The notes below the pieces were generated by a model that saw only the letters and a list, made by a program, of their open reading frames with translations, was not told the DNA's origin and made no database searches. Positions 1 to 13,519 of a stretch of 64,000 bases of DNA are shown one piece after another. The translations under genes and the position numbers were made by a program. Source of the stretch: Ruditapes philippinarum (Eukaryota); the NCBI RefSeq assembly GCF_026571515.1, contig NW_026855987.1, positions 1-64,000 of the forward strand. The letters are read 5' to 3'. How positions within the stretch are numbered: the first letter of the stretch is position 1; the number at the start of each line of letters is the position of its first letter.

Positions 1-3000
1 TTGGGAAAAACCCAATTTTTTTCTAAAAGTATTTTTGGGTAAAAAAAATTTGACAATTTTAAATCAAAAAATTTAAAAAAAAGGGAACATAACCTTTTAG
101 TTTAAATTTTTTATTTATTTAATTTAAAAATTTTATTTTTAAAATTATTTGCTCTTGTGAATATCTTAAATTTAAAAAAGAAACCCCAAAAAAAAAAATT
201 TTTGGTTTTTAAAAATTTTAAGAAAAAACCCCCAAAAGTGGAAAAAAAATGGAAAACCAAAACACCTTTGGAACCCAAAACATTTTTTAAAATTTTCCCT
301 TATCTTTTTAAAAAAGAAAATTTCCCTTTTTTTTTTAAATTTTAAAAAAACCTTTTAAAAATTCTTTTTTAAAATTTGCCCTTATTTTTAAAATAAAACC
401 CTTCCCCGCCCCCCGAAAAATTTTTTTTTTCCCAATTTTAATTGTTTTAAACCTTAAAAAATTGTTGGCAAACGGCAAATAAAAAAATTTAGGAAAAAAT
501 TTAAATGTTTAAAATTAAACATTTTTTTTAATGCAAATTAAAAAATTCAAACAACCCCCTAAATTAAATAAAATTTGCATAGAAACTGTTAAATTTTTCC
601 TTAAATTCATACAACAAATGTTTAAAAAATTTTTAAACCCCCAAAAAGTTTCCAAAAATTTTTTGTTTTTGTGAAAAACGAAAACCCAAAAAATTTTTTG
701 TCAAAAAGGGGGTAAGAAAAAATTTAACCCTTTTCGAAATTTTTGGTTTTTTTAAAAAATTTTTAAAGCCTTTAAAAAATGGGTTAAACAAATTAAATAT
801 AAAAACAAAAATTTTTGGTTTCCCCAAAAATTCCAAAAAACCCAAGTTTATTTTTTAAACCAAACTTTTTAATTAAAAGGGAATTTACTTATTTTTAAAC
901 ACGGGAATAATTTTTAAAAAATGTTTTTGGCCCCGGTTTAAAAAAAATTCTTAGAAAAGGGAAAAAAAAAGTTTTAAAAAAACCTTTTCCCGGAATTTCT
1001 CAAAAAAAACAAAAGTTTTTTTTTTTAAAAAAAATTTTAAAAAAATTGGGGAAAATCAAAAATAAAAAAAAACAAAAAAAATTTTAAAATATTTTTTAAA
1101 TCGTTTTAAAAAATCGGAAAAAACAAGGTTTTTTTGAAATAAAAAAAGGGTTTTTTAAAAACCCTTTAACAAGAATGAAAACCTTTTAAAAAAAAGTAAT
1201 TGGAAAGGGTTTTTTAAAAAATTTAATAATTACCCAAAAAGGGGGAAAACCAAAAGCCCCAAAAAATTTTTGCCGAAAAATTTAAAAATAAAAAACAAAA
1301 GGGGTTATAAAAAAACAAATGTTTAAAAAATGTTTTTCCAAATTTTAAAAGGGCCTTTTTGGGGGGCGGTTCCCACGAAAAACCCAACCAAAAAACTTTT
1401 ATAAACGGAAAATTTAAAAAAAACCCTTAAATTAAAAAACAAAAAAAAGCTGACCCATTTGTTTTAAATTGTTTTAACCACAATGAATTTTAAATTTAAA
1501 AAAACCCTTCTTTAAGCCAAAAATTTAAAGTTTTAATTTTAAATTGCCCCTTTTTAATTCAAACTTAATTTTTTTCCAAAGGGAAATTTTAAACAAATTT
1601 TTTATTTTTAAAAAACCCCAACCCTTACCCAAACCCCAAAAAAATTTAAATTTTGAAATTTGTTTTAACCCCAAAGATACTTAGGCCATTTCCAAACCAA
1701 AAAAGGGAAAAAAAATTGGGCAAAAAAATATTTAGAAAATTCAATCCAAAATAAAATTTAAAACGTATATTTTGTTTTATTTAAAATCCGTTTTTAAAGG
1801 ATTTTTTGGAAATGGCTTTTTCAATTTTTGGTCTTTTTTTCTAAATTTTAGGAAATAAATTTCCGGGAAAAAAGTGTTTTGAATAAATCTGAAATTTCAC
1901 ACAAGTTTTTTAATCCAGCCCTTAAAAAAATTGGAAACATAAAATCAAAAGTCCATGTCTGTCATGTCAAAATAAAACTTTAGTGGAGTCCCTTTAAATA
2001 TATTTTCTTTTTCTTTTGTGTCTGTTTTCAGTCATATATCAGTTGTTCGGTTGGTATTTGGAATGTTGGCTTTGTTATGATATGTTATGGGGTTGTTGAT
2101 GCCGCGTGTTCTTTTACGTTTGGTAGACTGGTACAGTACGTCGGGCATATACCATTTTTCATTTTAGGTAAGTTGAAACGTGATAAATATATGTACATGT
2201 ATTTCGAATTTTCTTTCTTTTTCTGCAATACCTTATAATTATATGCAATGCATCTGATAGAGTTTCTAGACATGTATGTTTAAAGTGAATCAGATTACAT
2301 TCACAAATTACATATTTACACACCTTTTGAAACATATTATTTGTGATGCAAATAGTGAGAAATATTGCATTAATATGTTTTAATTTAAAATTTTTTTCCC
2401 AAAGGGCTTTTTAATTTTTTAATATCTTTTCAAAAAAACCCTAAAAAAAACAAATTTAAATTATTTAAAATTTAGTTTTTCCCCCTTTCCCAAATTCACG
2501 TGGTTTTGATGTCTCGTTTTTTATTTTTTGCAAAAAAAATCCCAATTTATATTAAAAAAATTGCAAAGGGCAATTGGGTTTTACGCTACGGCAACCGTTT
2601 TAACGAGATGCATATAATTATTGGAAAATTTCCCTGTATTTTACCTGAAATTTTGATATTTTTAATTTACAAAATTGGTTTCAAAATGTTTTATGATAAA
2701 TTTTGGGTTTAAAAGGGCCCCAAAATTTTTTGTTCCAATTTTTTGGCCAAAAAGAACAAAATTCCCAAAAACACGGGAAATCCCGCCCCAAAGAAAAGAT
2801 GTATTCTTTTTAATTTTTTTGCAGCCTTTTGGGGAAATTGGGTTTGACCGCTGTTTATAAAAAGATAAAATTAACGGTTGGGTTCCTTTAAACTCCTTCT
2901 TTTTTTAGTAATGGAAACATAGCTTTAAAACTTAAAGCTTTAAAAATTTTGAAAACCAAAAAAGCTAGGAACAATTTTTGTTACGAAAGGTTTTTTGGTT

Positions 3001-3800
3001 GGCGCCATTTTTCCATTTTCCGTATTTTCTAAAAACAAAAAACCCTAATCAAAAAACCATTTAAAACAAAGTAACTAAAAAAAACAGTATTTTTAATTTT
3101 TTGATTTTATTATTTTAAGTTTATAAATATTTTTAAATTTAAAAGTTAAATTTGGGAAATTTTTGGTTGGTTTAAAATAGTGTTTAAATAACGATTACGA
3201 TATAATTTATATTTTTGGGCCATTATCTTTAAAAATAAATGTTTACAATAAATTATTTTTTCAAGTATTAAAAATAGATAAACGAATGTATACGTTTGTT
3301 TATAAAACTTTTTCATTCTTAAAAAGGGTATACCACAAAAAAAAGGGTTACGAAAAGAAAATCACTTTACCATGTCTTCCCCTTTAAAACGCACATGCTA
3401 TTTCCCGGTTACGGGTATTTTTCCCCTTTGGGGGCTTTTAGATTTTTTTAATTTTGTACATTTCTCTTTTTCCGGGAAAGTAGATCTTTATACACTGTAA
3501 TTTTAGGGGAAAATTCGAATCAGATCTAAGCATTAGTCATATCTTTAGCCTACTTTTAATTTTTTTTCCCCCATTTTTTAAAGGGTTTTTTTTTTCTTTT
3601 TTTTTTTTAATTTAAAAAAAACCGGGGGAAGCAGGGGCCCAAACTACCGATTTGGGGGAAAAAGTATCGGTTTTAAATTTTGGGGGTTGGGAAATACCCA
3701 ATTTGGCCCGGGTACTGATTTTTAAAATTGAAATTTTATTTTTTATAATAGGTTTTTAAACCCATGGGCATTTTGATTTTAATGATGTCCCAAAAATTTC
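1..3800. other. Low-quality, homopolymer-inflated sequence (probable unpolished assembly region)
   Basis: Dominated by A/T/C/G runs. It contains a distorted copy of the Kolobok-like MITE end (agtggagtccctttaa at ~1982-1997) and an intact exon island, and it sits just before an N gap. Confidence 0.75.
2032..2167 (+). CDS. UNC93A: Internal exon of an UNC-93-like (UNC93A-type MFS) membrane protein
   Basis: ttttcag acceptor and G|gtaagt donor. Translates SYISCSVGIWNVGFVMICYGVVDAACSFTFGRLVQYVGHIPFFIL, matching the UNC-93 family motif. Flanking exons are not recoverable. Confidence 0.85.
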
Positions 3801-5132
3801 AAACATAGAAAAGAAAAAAATAGCATGTCAGTGGACATAACTAAGTAAAGTAATATAACACACATGAACATAAGTTGAAATACATGTATAATATTGAGCA
3901 GAGGTAAATTTGAAATATAGTGTATGGTGATGTTGTTTACTAGGTAAAGATTTACAGTCTTTACCAACATCTAGATACAACGAAACATGCTTATGACGAA
4001 TTTCTAGGGACATGGAAATTTGCTTCGAAATATCCGAAATTCGTTATATCCATATAACAAGATTTCGTTATAATGTTTTGGTATCACGTATTTTGTTATG
4101 GACATTGATGCAACTGGTTTAATATGAATATTTTATTATAAAACACAAGGATCATTTACATACTAGTAATAGAAAATACAGAATGCATGATGATAAGTTT
4201 TATCAATAATTGTGTTTCTTTTTATATAAACATAAAATGTGATAAAAAACGAGAACAGTGTTAAATTTCGTACACATTCTTGTCATTCAATTCAAGAAAG
4301 ATATTAATTCTTCTCAAAAAATGTCACTTAAGAACACTTAAATGATATATATCAAGCTAGCCCCTAGTGGCTGAGGAGTTGCTTTTAACAGTTGAGGCAT
4401 AAGAATTGCATTAACCTTGAGATCGTTTGAGGCGATCTTCAAATTACTGGAGTCTTTGCATCTCTAAGCTCTAGCAGGTGAGGTGACTTTGACTCCTGGT
4501 GTTTTTGTAACACCAAAGGTTAGGCAAAATCATCTGTCCTGTTTTGGCGCCATATGACCTATATTGTGTTGGTGGGCAGAAAACAAAACCAAACAAAACA
4601 AACATATGTAAATCTGTGTATTTACAGTGACCTATAAATCCTTTCTAAATGAGTTGTTTCATAAATGTATCTCACATATTAAGACTTCTCAGTTTTTACC
4701 AAAGTCCTGTTTTGTGTTTAACTTACAATACAACATCATTTTAACACGTCACAGATTTTCTTATAAAAATTGTATTTACTTTAGAGTATATTTTTATTAT
4801 TGAAAGAAACATTTACATAAAATGATTTCCTTTATAAATTATTGTAAAAAATGTTATTTTGATAAGCTTTTATGTAACGTATGTACTTCCAATATAAATT
4901 TATAAACAATAAATATATAGTTTCATTTGCTTTTGTGTTATCATTTCGTTTTTGATACAGAAAGACACTGAGAGTACGGACCCCCTTAACTCAGGTGATC
5001 ACTCATGTATGGAGTGTTGCTCAGGGGAGGTCTATAAGTCGTTTTCTTTCCAATGTAGATAGAAAATGAAAAAAACTACAGTATGACATTTAGCCGGTCA
5101 GTTTGTTTCAAAAGCAAAAAATGTTAAAAATG

Positions 5133-5319
5133 NNNNNNNNNNNNNNNNNNNNNNNNNNNNNNNNNNNNNNNNNNNNNNNNNNNNNNNNNNNNNNNNNNNN
5201 NNNNNNNNNNNNNNNNNNNNNNNNNNNNNNNNNNNNNNNNNNNNNNNNNNNNNNNNNNNNNNNNNNNNNNNNNNNNNNNNNNNNNNNNNNNNNNNNNNNN
5301 NNNNNNNNNNNNNNNNNNN
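5133..5319. other. Assembly gap (187 N)
   Basis: Run of N. Confidence 1.
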
Positions 5320-5553
5320 GAGAGTTTAACATACCGATTATAAATTGGGAAGTGTTGAGGAACTGGAATAAAATTGAATACAAATTTATTCAAATGACAA
5401 TTCAAATAGGTTTTTGGACATCCAGTATCATCTGAAAACTATAACGTCATCCAATGAATTATATATCGTCATGTTTAACATAGTTGTGCCTGGGTTTAGG
5501 GTTTAGACTTGGGGGACGCACAATGTGTTTCATGATATGCAGTTTCCTTATAT

Positions 5554-5723
5554 GAGCCGCGTCACGACAAAACCAACATAATGTGTTTGCGACCAGCATG
5601 GATCCAGACCAGCCTGCGCATAGAGAAACTGATAGCGAACAGCATGGATCCTGATCAGACTGCGCGGATCTGGATCCATGCTGGTCGCAAACGCATTACG
5701 TTGGTTTTGTCATGACGCGGCTC
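5554..5723. mobile_element. Sola-like palindromic MITE (GAG...CTC), internally deleted copy
   Basis: TIR gagccgcgtcacgacaaaaccaac / gttggttttgtcatgacgcggctc; 4-bp TSD ATAT. Confidence 0.85.
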
Positions 5724-6449
5724 ATATGCATTCAGTTCTGATAAGATCTTGGTGTATGGGCTATAGGGCATCGTCGAAACGCACGGTATACGTTCTACGT
5801 TTAATACTGGTATACAGCCTTCTTTACCGAGGGCGGATATAGAGCTGCAACAACTTTCAAGGTTGTAGACTCAGCATCAACCCAGTATGAGATATTAGTG
5901 TCAGGGTTTGAATTTAGGTGCTGAATGTGCATATCATTACACCAGATTTGAGGAACACATTTCGCAGTGTATGCACTCAGTTCGAGCAACACATTTTATA
6001 GATCATTGTTGATAAAGGCCAAAGAGAGGTGCACCAGCTCTCATTTCCAAAGAAATATGCTCATCCATAAGTAGATAAAAGATATTTTTGCCGAGACTTT
6101 CATTTTAGGGCACAGCATTCGATTAATGTGTGATCTCCGAACAGCACTAGTCATTGTTTACAGTTTTAATTGAGTGCTATCTTCAGACGGTAACTGTCAC
6201 CTTAATATCTAGGGTCAAGAGTGCTAAAAGACACTCATTGTAAAAGAAATCGACTCCGTGTCCCTCTGTGTATGAGTTTTGACTGCCTGGCTTAAGATGT
6301 TGATCTTAAGTGGTAAATAACCTGCAAAGTTGTATATGCATTCATATATTTCAAAACCGGGGTACTTTCCTCATGCTTTGGAGTATTGCTCAGAGTAGCT
6401 CCTGGGGTCGTTTCTTCTACTGTAGATGTAAGTTAAATCTGAAAGCAAA

Positions 6450-6625
6450 GATGACGATAATGATAATGATGATGATGTTGATATGATGATGGTGACGATG
6501 ATAAAGATTACGATGATTTTAATGATGATTTCAATGATGATGATTTCGATGATGATTTTGCTGATAATAATCATGATTATGTGATTTCAATGATGATTTC
6601 GATGATGATTTTGATGATGATGATC
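6450..6625 (+). repeat. Degenerate (GAT)n microsatellite
   Basis: gatgacgataatgataatgatgatgat... repeats. Confidence 0.9.
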
Positions 6626-7369
6626 AACAAAAGCTTGATCTCTTTAGCCACACCAGAAAATCAAAAGCTTTACAATATGGTAGAGGCATTCGCAGCGGAT
6701 TAATTTTGCCCAAGAAGTATATCATAGTATTATATATGTATAGAAGAATCTACATGTACGAATGAAGGAACCGGAAGTTCCGACTTAAACAAACAGACTT
6801 ACTTCATGATGAAAAATACAACATACCACCGGCATCAATAAAAATATGTTAAAATATTCAAATGCTACGATACTAGGGGATAGGCAATGGCTTTGTCTCG
6901 ATATAAAGGTACCTGAACTATAATACACCATAAAATTGCTAAAACCATGCTATAAATATTTGTAGATAAATATTGTCTTTATAAGCAATAGTATAGATTA
7001 GTAATTTAATAGTTTTTTGTTCAAATGATTCGATTAAAACAAGCGCATCCAACTATGAAGTGTTAATCGATGAAAAGATTTAATTAAATTTATTATGATA
7101 AAAAGGCATTGTATTAAAACTATACCTGGCCCGGTACAAATGACGTGGAGTTGACTTAATGATATTATTTGATACGTTTTAATTAAAGAAATATATAAAG
7201 GGGGTATATCTTATATAGGTAAATCATGTTGAAACAATGTATACCGAAGAGTTTAACTTTAGGGACAAACATTATTCAGAATAACAGAAAAGTGTATCAA
7301 GATAAAATGGAAGTAGATATTGTGTTTGAAAGAATGGAAGAAAAGGGCGTATGATGGATTAATCACAAA

Positions 7370-10300
7370 ATGGAAGATGGTAAATATATAACTTTCTTGC
7401 GGGACTGGTTTTGTGTCTTTATCAAAATAGTGAGTCTCTTCATTAGTATCACATGTTCAAACATTGTTTTGCTGTTATTTTCTATTTTTCTATTAATATA
7501 CAGTGCAAAAATAACACCTAGCAAGGAGGGCAGACTGGAATTAAAATTCCTTTTTTCCCGCAAAACATAACCTCTTGATTATTGTAGGTATAAATATAAT
7601 GTAATATAAATTTGGATATGATAATTGCCATGTAAAAACATGGACATTTTCGGTATATCTGAAACGGACGAAATTTATAACTTTCATCTACCAGTGTAAA
7701 TCTAAATGAGAAGTTCAGCTATTTATATAAACGTGTTAAATTAGAGCCGCAAAAAAAACTGCGAACTGATCGAATGCTTTCGCGTCATGAAAGAATTTTG
7801 CTTTTCTAAAACATTTATAGGCCAAGTTAATTTTATCTACTCATCTGAAAAAGGCATCTTGTTGAGGAAAACGGTCGTATTATATTAAGAAAACAATCCA
7901 TTATTTACTATCATGCTCTCACACATGCATGCACACACACATTAATTTCAAATATATATTTAGGTAGCATTTCGATTGAAGTATAGAAATATGTTCATTG
8001 TTTAGAAATAATTATATCACTCGAAATGATACACAAAAACATTTTTAAAATTATTGTGTGTGCGTGCGTGTGTGTGCGCGCGTATACATGCATATAGTAA
8101 ACACCATTCCATCAAACCATATATTGAAGAGAAAATACGGGTTTTGCTGTTGGTCTGGATAGCAGTCTTAGAAGCTACAAATTTGTATTGCTGATGAATG
8201 ATAACATAACATTGTTCTTTATCTGTGATTAAAGCAAATACAATGTGCATTAATCACAATTAAAATCAATATGTCATAGATTTTACAAAAATATATATAA
8301 ATAAAATCATCACCCGAGTGTACCTATGATAGTATCATGTTTCGAAAGTCGCCAAAGAAGATTGAATCACGTGACCACTGCGTGATATTGTTCCAACATC
8401 GGAATATCGAATATGAGACAACGTGCACAAAAACAAAGCAAATTACAATAGATATAGTCGTGAGAAATTTAAAGATTAATTGTATACATATACATTTACA
8501 TTTACATTGCATGTAGAAGGCATAAATAAAGTTCATACATTATCTGTTTATTTTTGTCGCCATAAAGTGTATCAAACTATATATTTGCTTTAAAAAATAT
8601 TATTTAAATTTTGAAGAAAAAAAAACAACAAAAAACAATACTCCAAAAATACCTGTATTAAAGAAATGTTTGTATATCCCACAAGAGCGAATGGTGCATG
8701 CACAAAATAAACCTACTTAAAATAGAAGCATAATATTGGATAAAATAAACGAATAATTTGTTGATGAATATTTTTCAGTGAAAAGGGAGCGGGCACTCCG
8801 CTATCTCAACATAACTGGTGTTAGTCAATGTATAGTTGGAGTGTTGTTGCTGATCCTAGGTGTTGTTTCAAGGTTTAAACACGGACCTTACATGGACGGT
8901 ATTCCTCCATTTTACACTGGTGCTTTTATTGGAATGGCTATGGTAAGTATATGTTAGAGAAGACAATTCATTTGTCAAATTATTGCAGCTTTCTTTCACA
9001 ATAAAAGTTTGTCATTTTTAACTTAGAAAAACAGATTAGTGGTAGAGTGGACTTTGGCACTGATACTAATTTAGAGCTGGAATAACTGTTGTTTATAAGA
9101 AATGGCAAGTTAATAATTTTGCCATGCTTAGCACTCCAGCAGAGCTTTTTGTACAGTTGACCGTATTTTATAAAAAAAAATTATTCAAATGATAAAATTC
9201 TAGGGTTCTAATCGATATTTGTAATTCATATGGACAAATAAAATATGATCTGTTAAGACAATGCCAAATAATAATTGTTCGAGTATATTTTCTGTGTTTC
9301 AGGTTCTTGTTCAAGCAGTACTCGGGCTTGCAGTGTTCATTCGTGGCAAAGATTGTGTTAACAAGTTAGAGGCAGCCGAAAAAATAGGATGTATAGTAAG
9401 TTATACACCAGAATAGCGTTTCGTACTACATTTGTATTAGTATTTCTTTTGTAAATTTCATGGTTATTAATAGAGGAGCATTACTGGTTTAAAGCAGCAA
9501 GCCCCCAGATTCATGTAATTTTTCATTTTTATTTCAATTTTATTTATTGAATTGTAAATATGTTTACTTTTCTTAAAATCCTAGTACATATTAATATTCT
9601 CTATGTTGATTTTCCTGAAATATAGTTTTGCTCATCTAGAGGCTTGCAGCTTTAAAATATATTTGTCAACTATCTTTTCTTCTCGTTTATTAATGAAAAG
9701 TTGTCTTTAAAAAGGATAACAATCTTGTTTGTAAAACGTTGTTTAATAATCCCCCACCCCCAAACAACACTATTGTATAACATAACATACCAACTTTTCT
9801 ACATATGGGACTTTAAGAGAGCGCTTAGTCTAAGTACCAGTAAGTCCTACAAATTTACATGTTTTGTTTGAATCTTATAAATATTCAAAGCAATTTGAAT
9901 TTAATATTACAGATGCAGACATATTGTTTAATGGCGATTGCAACCAATGTTGGATACCTGGTCGCTGTGTTGGTGGTCAGTTTTACTGGCGTTTGTTTGA
10001 ATAGCGATTGTTCGTACATAGAGACGCGAGAAAATCGCCGCCTCGCCATTACTATCATAGTGTTCATATGTGTGGGAGTTTTAACCAGTGCAATTGGTTT
10101 GGCAATAGTGTGCAAATTTTCATCAAGTTTTGGACTGAAAATGTTATCACGTGCTCAATATCAAATTTCTAACATGGTAGACAATACAGACGATGTAATA
10201 GCCTATATAGCAGCAGAACAAACGGCAGGGACTAATATAACTGAAAATGAAACGCATCACCATCATCATCATAGTCATCCAGATCCCAGACTGGCATTTC

Positions 10301-10857
10301 CAGAGCCAGATTTTTCTACCACTCATTTGCAACATTATCTTACACAGCAATATAGAGATAGAATACGAAAACGACGTAAGAAGAATAGAAAACGAAATAG
10401 ACAAAGCAATACAGAAAATGAGAACCGTCGGCGGCGACAAGAAAGAGAGGCCCCGTATGTGTTACCTCCAGTTACAGGGCTAAATTACCACGAAAGAGAG
10501 GCCCCGTATGTGCTACCCCCAGTTTCAGGCCACAATTTCTACCAAAGGTCAAGGTCACCGACGAGAACACCACCGCCACCACCTCCAAGCCCGCCTCCTG
10601 CGTCTATGCATTATCCACCTCCGAGTCCATCACCCCCACTCACACAGTCTCCACCGCAATCAAGAAGAACGCCGCCCTTGACCCCGTCGGCACTTCCATT
10701 ACCGGATATAATACCACCTAGATATTCACCGCAACCTCAGTCTTCCGGCACGCCATCACCACCACCACCAACTCCACCTTTACACCAGCCTGCAATAATA
10801 CACGTGATTCCGTGCGGTGAAACATTTCAGGATGAACCGCCACCTTATTCTCCGTGA
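7370..10857 (+). CDS. MS4A/CD20-like four-transmembrane protein with long His/basic/Pro-rich C-terminal tail (~403 aa; exons 7370-7379, 8779-8942, 9303-9395, 9913-10857)
   Basis: Canonical AG/GT sites with consistent phases. Joined protein MEDVKRERALRYLNITGVSQCIVGVLLLILGVV...FYTGAFIGMAM|VLVQAVLGLAVF...GCI|MQTYCLMAIATNVGYLVAVLVV...AITIIVFICVGVLTSAIGLAIVC gives four hydrophobic helices and ends EPPPYSP*. The 10-nt first exon is the least certain part. Confidence 0.75.
9493..9651. mobile_element. Kolobok-like MITE family 2 (TTAA|AG...CT|TTAA) in intron
   Basis: ttaa-agcagcaagcccccagat ... atctagaggcttgcagct-ttaa. Confidence 0.7.
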
Positions 10858-11304
10858 AATAGTATATTAGCGAACGACAATCGAGTTTTGAACAGTTGAT
10901 GAAATAGTACGCAATTGTCTCCCCTCTTTAAGAAATGGCTACCAGTACATTGTTCTATTTTGAGCGAGACAATGTTTGTAAATCTTTTACGTATGTATGA
11001 TTATGTGTTAATATTACAGATTTTTACCGTAGCTCTTTAGTTGAAAAAAATATAAAGGGTTAAAATGCTTTGTCTAATATTATTAATTATGAATTATAAA
11101 TAATTAAATGTAAAAAAGAAAAAAAAACACATTTAGTTCATTATAAAAGGGTCTGTCTTTCATTATGTACATTTTGCTGTTTCAAATCCCGCAAACAGCC
11201 CGAACAAACACTGGACAATAATACAGACTGGTGTCAAATTGTAAATGCTCATATCCCAGAAATACTGGTCTTAAGATTAGTTAAAAATTAACACATAATT
11301 TCCA

Positions 11305-11480
11305 TTAAAATGGAGAAAAACGGATTCCATAAAGAAGGTCCGAAACAACAAAATTGAAAATGTTGTAGGCTTGGTTTGAAGGAGCCTGTTCATAGACGGT
11401 ACTGAAAAGTGCAAGCTACCGTCCACACCCATAGCACCGTTTATGTAGAATTCAATAATTAAACATGAAAATGTTAATAC
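11305..11480. mobile_element. DNA transposon fragment, also present at 35482-35640
   Basis: Near-identical aaaattgaaaatgttg(t/c)aggct...gaaaagtgcaag(c/t)taccgtccac at both sites. Confidence 0.65.
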
Positions 11481-12180
11481 ATTAAAGTTTATCTTTTAAT
11501 AGTCAAAATATATTGACGTGCCAAAGCTAGATTCTGAGATGTTTTTAGAGGGTAGATATTGCCCATACACAAAATAGCACAATATCTCGTCGCGTAGTAC
11601 AATTTAAATATTTTAACATGGAAAAATATGTCTGTAAAAAAAGTCGAATTCGTTATACAATATCAGTTTTTAAAGGACAATGCTATTTTTTAAATTTTTA
11701 TTTTTTTATTTTATTTTCTTAATTTCTTTTTATTTGGTGAGGGTGTCACTCATACTCATATCAACCAACTTTTGGCTGAAATTAATAATGTAAAAAAATG
11801 GTCTTATAATGAACTTAATCAAGTTACACATCACCTGGTGTCGTATTTCTTCAGGAGTGGCCTCCAGCACAGGTTTGACTGTTTTGACTGTTTGACAAAG
11901 TCTTGGGAATGTCCCAATACTCTATACAACAAATATACAGATCCGATATTGATGTGTCGATATTTCTTTATCATAAATTATGCAGTACATGTTAACATTG
12001 TTTGCATACTTCATGTACATGTATATCTACAGAAGAACATGTAAATCATTAAAGTTCGTAATATCATATAACATTGCATTATGTAAGAAGACTACAAACT
12101 TACTAAGCCGTTAATATACATGTACATACATTATTAGAGAAGCAAATTTCGAAATCGATCTGCAATAGGCGATGGCTTAA

Positions 12181-12651
12181 AGCTGCATGCCTCAAGATGA
12201 GCCAAATTTAAGAAATTCAGCTTCGAGAAAAATGCACTAATTTTTTTTTTTTAAAAAAGGAAAGCTTTCTCCTTTTAAACAATCGTTGCATTTTCCTCAT
12301 CAAACAATTAACTTGTCAGTTATATTCTTCTATACAAATTATCGTGAAGATTTTGAAAATTTATTTTAAACCTAAATCTTGTGAAGTAAACAAAGAATGT
12401 AATTTACACATTGCAAACGGCACTTTCAATTTATGTAATTGACCAAAAAGAGGTAAAAATTTGCAGAAATAACCCTTACTGCGTTAGTCACGCAGTACAA
12501 ATAAGGTGATAAATACTGTAAAAATCAGTAATTAACCGCACATAGCATGTAAATTATTCCGTGACTCATTTTACTTTTCTTAAAATCTTAGTACATTTGT
12601 CTCAAGTTTCTTTTTCTTTAAATTATTCGGTTCATCTGGAGACATGCAGCT
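12181..12651. mobile_element. Kolobok-like MITE family 2
   Basis: ttaa-agctgcatgcctcaagatga ... tcatctggagacatgcagct-ttta. Confidence 0.75.
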
Positions 12652-13214
12652 TTTAGATAATGTCCACATGTAACGTTGTGACTAAGAGTTATATAATAAA
12701 ATGGTCAAAAGTAGTGGAACTCAATCATTGTGTTGATCTATCTGGAAGGAGTTTTAGCAACAACAAAAATGCATTATACAATAAAAACAATAAAATTTAA
12801 TTCCCAAATAAAATATTTTCTTATTAATTAGTTTAGCTATGATCTTGCGCATATGCAAGAATTTTAAGAGGAACTTTATAAACACAGTTCTTTAGTAATA
12901 TTATTTAAATTTAGGTACTTTGCTGTGCATTAACTGAAAACATTTGTTGGTGACCTTCAGGCAATTATTTAGTTATCAGGCAATTGCGTGCAATAGGTAT
13001 GAAACTGCGTACAGTTGAGGTCATCAGACAGGCTGACATGTGCAAATTTAGTACATGGCCCCGAGTCAGTGATTTGAACTATAATTGAAATAGCTGAATG
13101 TCACTTTATTACAAATTTCATAACTTGGGACCGATTGAAAATATGCACCTACTTTGAAAATTTCTTGAAACTTTAACATTTATTGCAAAGATTAATTATT
13201 AATTAATTATTTCA

Positions 13215-13519
13215 AGATCAATTTTCCATTTGATGTAGATTTAGGCCAGTATCGGCAATATTTCAGACCGTTTGCTCATTCCGTTTTGAAGAATATCTGT
13301 TCTAATATGAAAAATGACCCAAAGTTGAAAAGCGTTGCAACGCTTTTTAATCGAATCGGGCTTAGAACGGCGCAAAAGTTTCAATTTATTTCGGACTATA
13401 TTTCTTATTTATAACTATCCTTTGCATATGTTTTTGTTTTAAGTACACCAGCTGAACTATGTAAGAAATTAGAAATTCGTGGATTGTTGGGATTTTGAAC
13501 GCAAGTGGAGTTCCTTTAA
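13215..13519. mobile_element. Partial Kolobok-like MITE family 1
   Basis: Aligns to 16320-16626 (ccatttgatgtag...aaaatgacccaaa...agtggagttcctttaa). Confidence 0.65.

Noticed and set aside
157-2860. K/F/P-rich ORFs in the first 3 kb
   Set aside because: Products of homopolymer-rich low-quality sequence
5103-5435. ORFs spanning X runs
   Set aside because: They cross the N gap
6371-6574. Ile-rich ORF
   Set aside because: Mostly the antisense translation of the (GAT)n microsatellite
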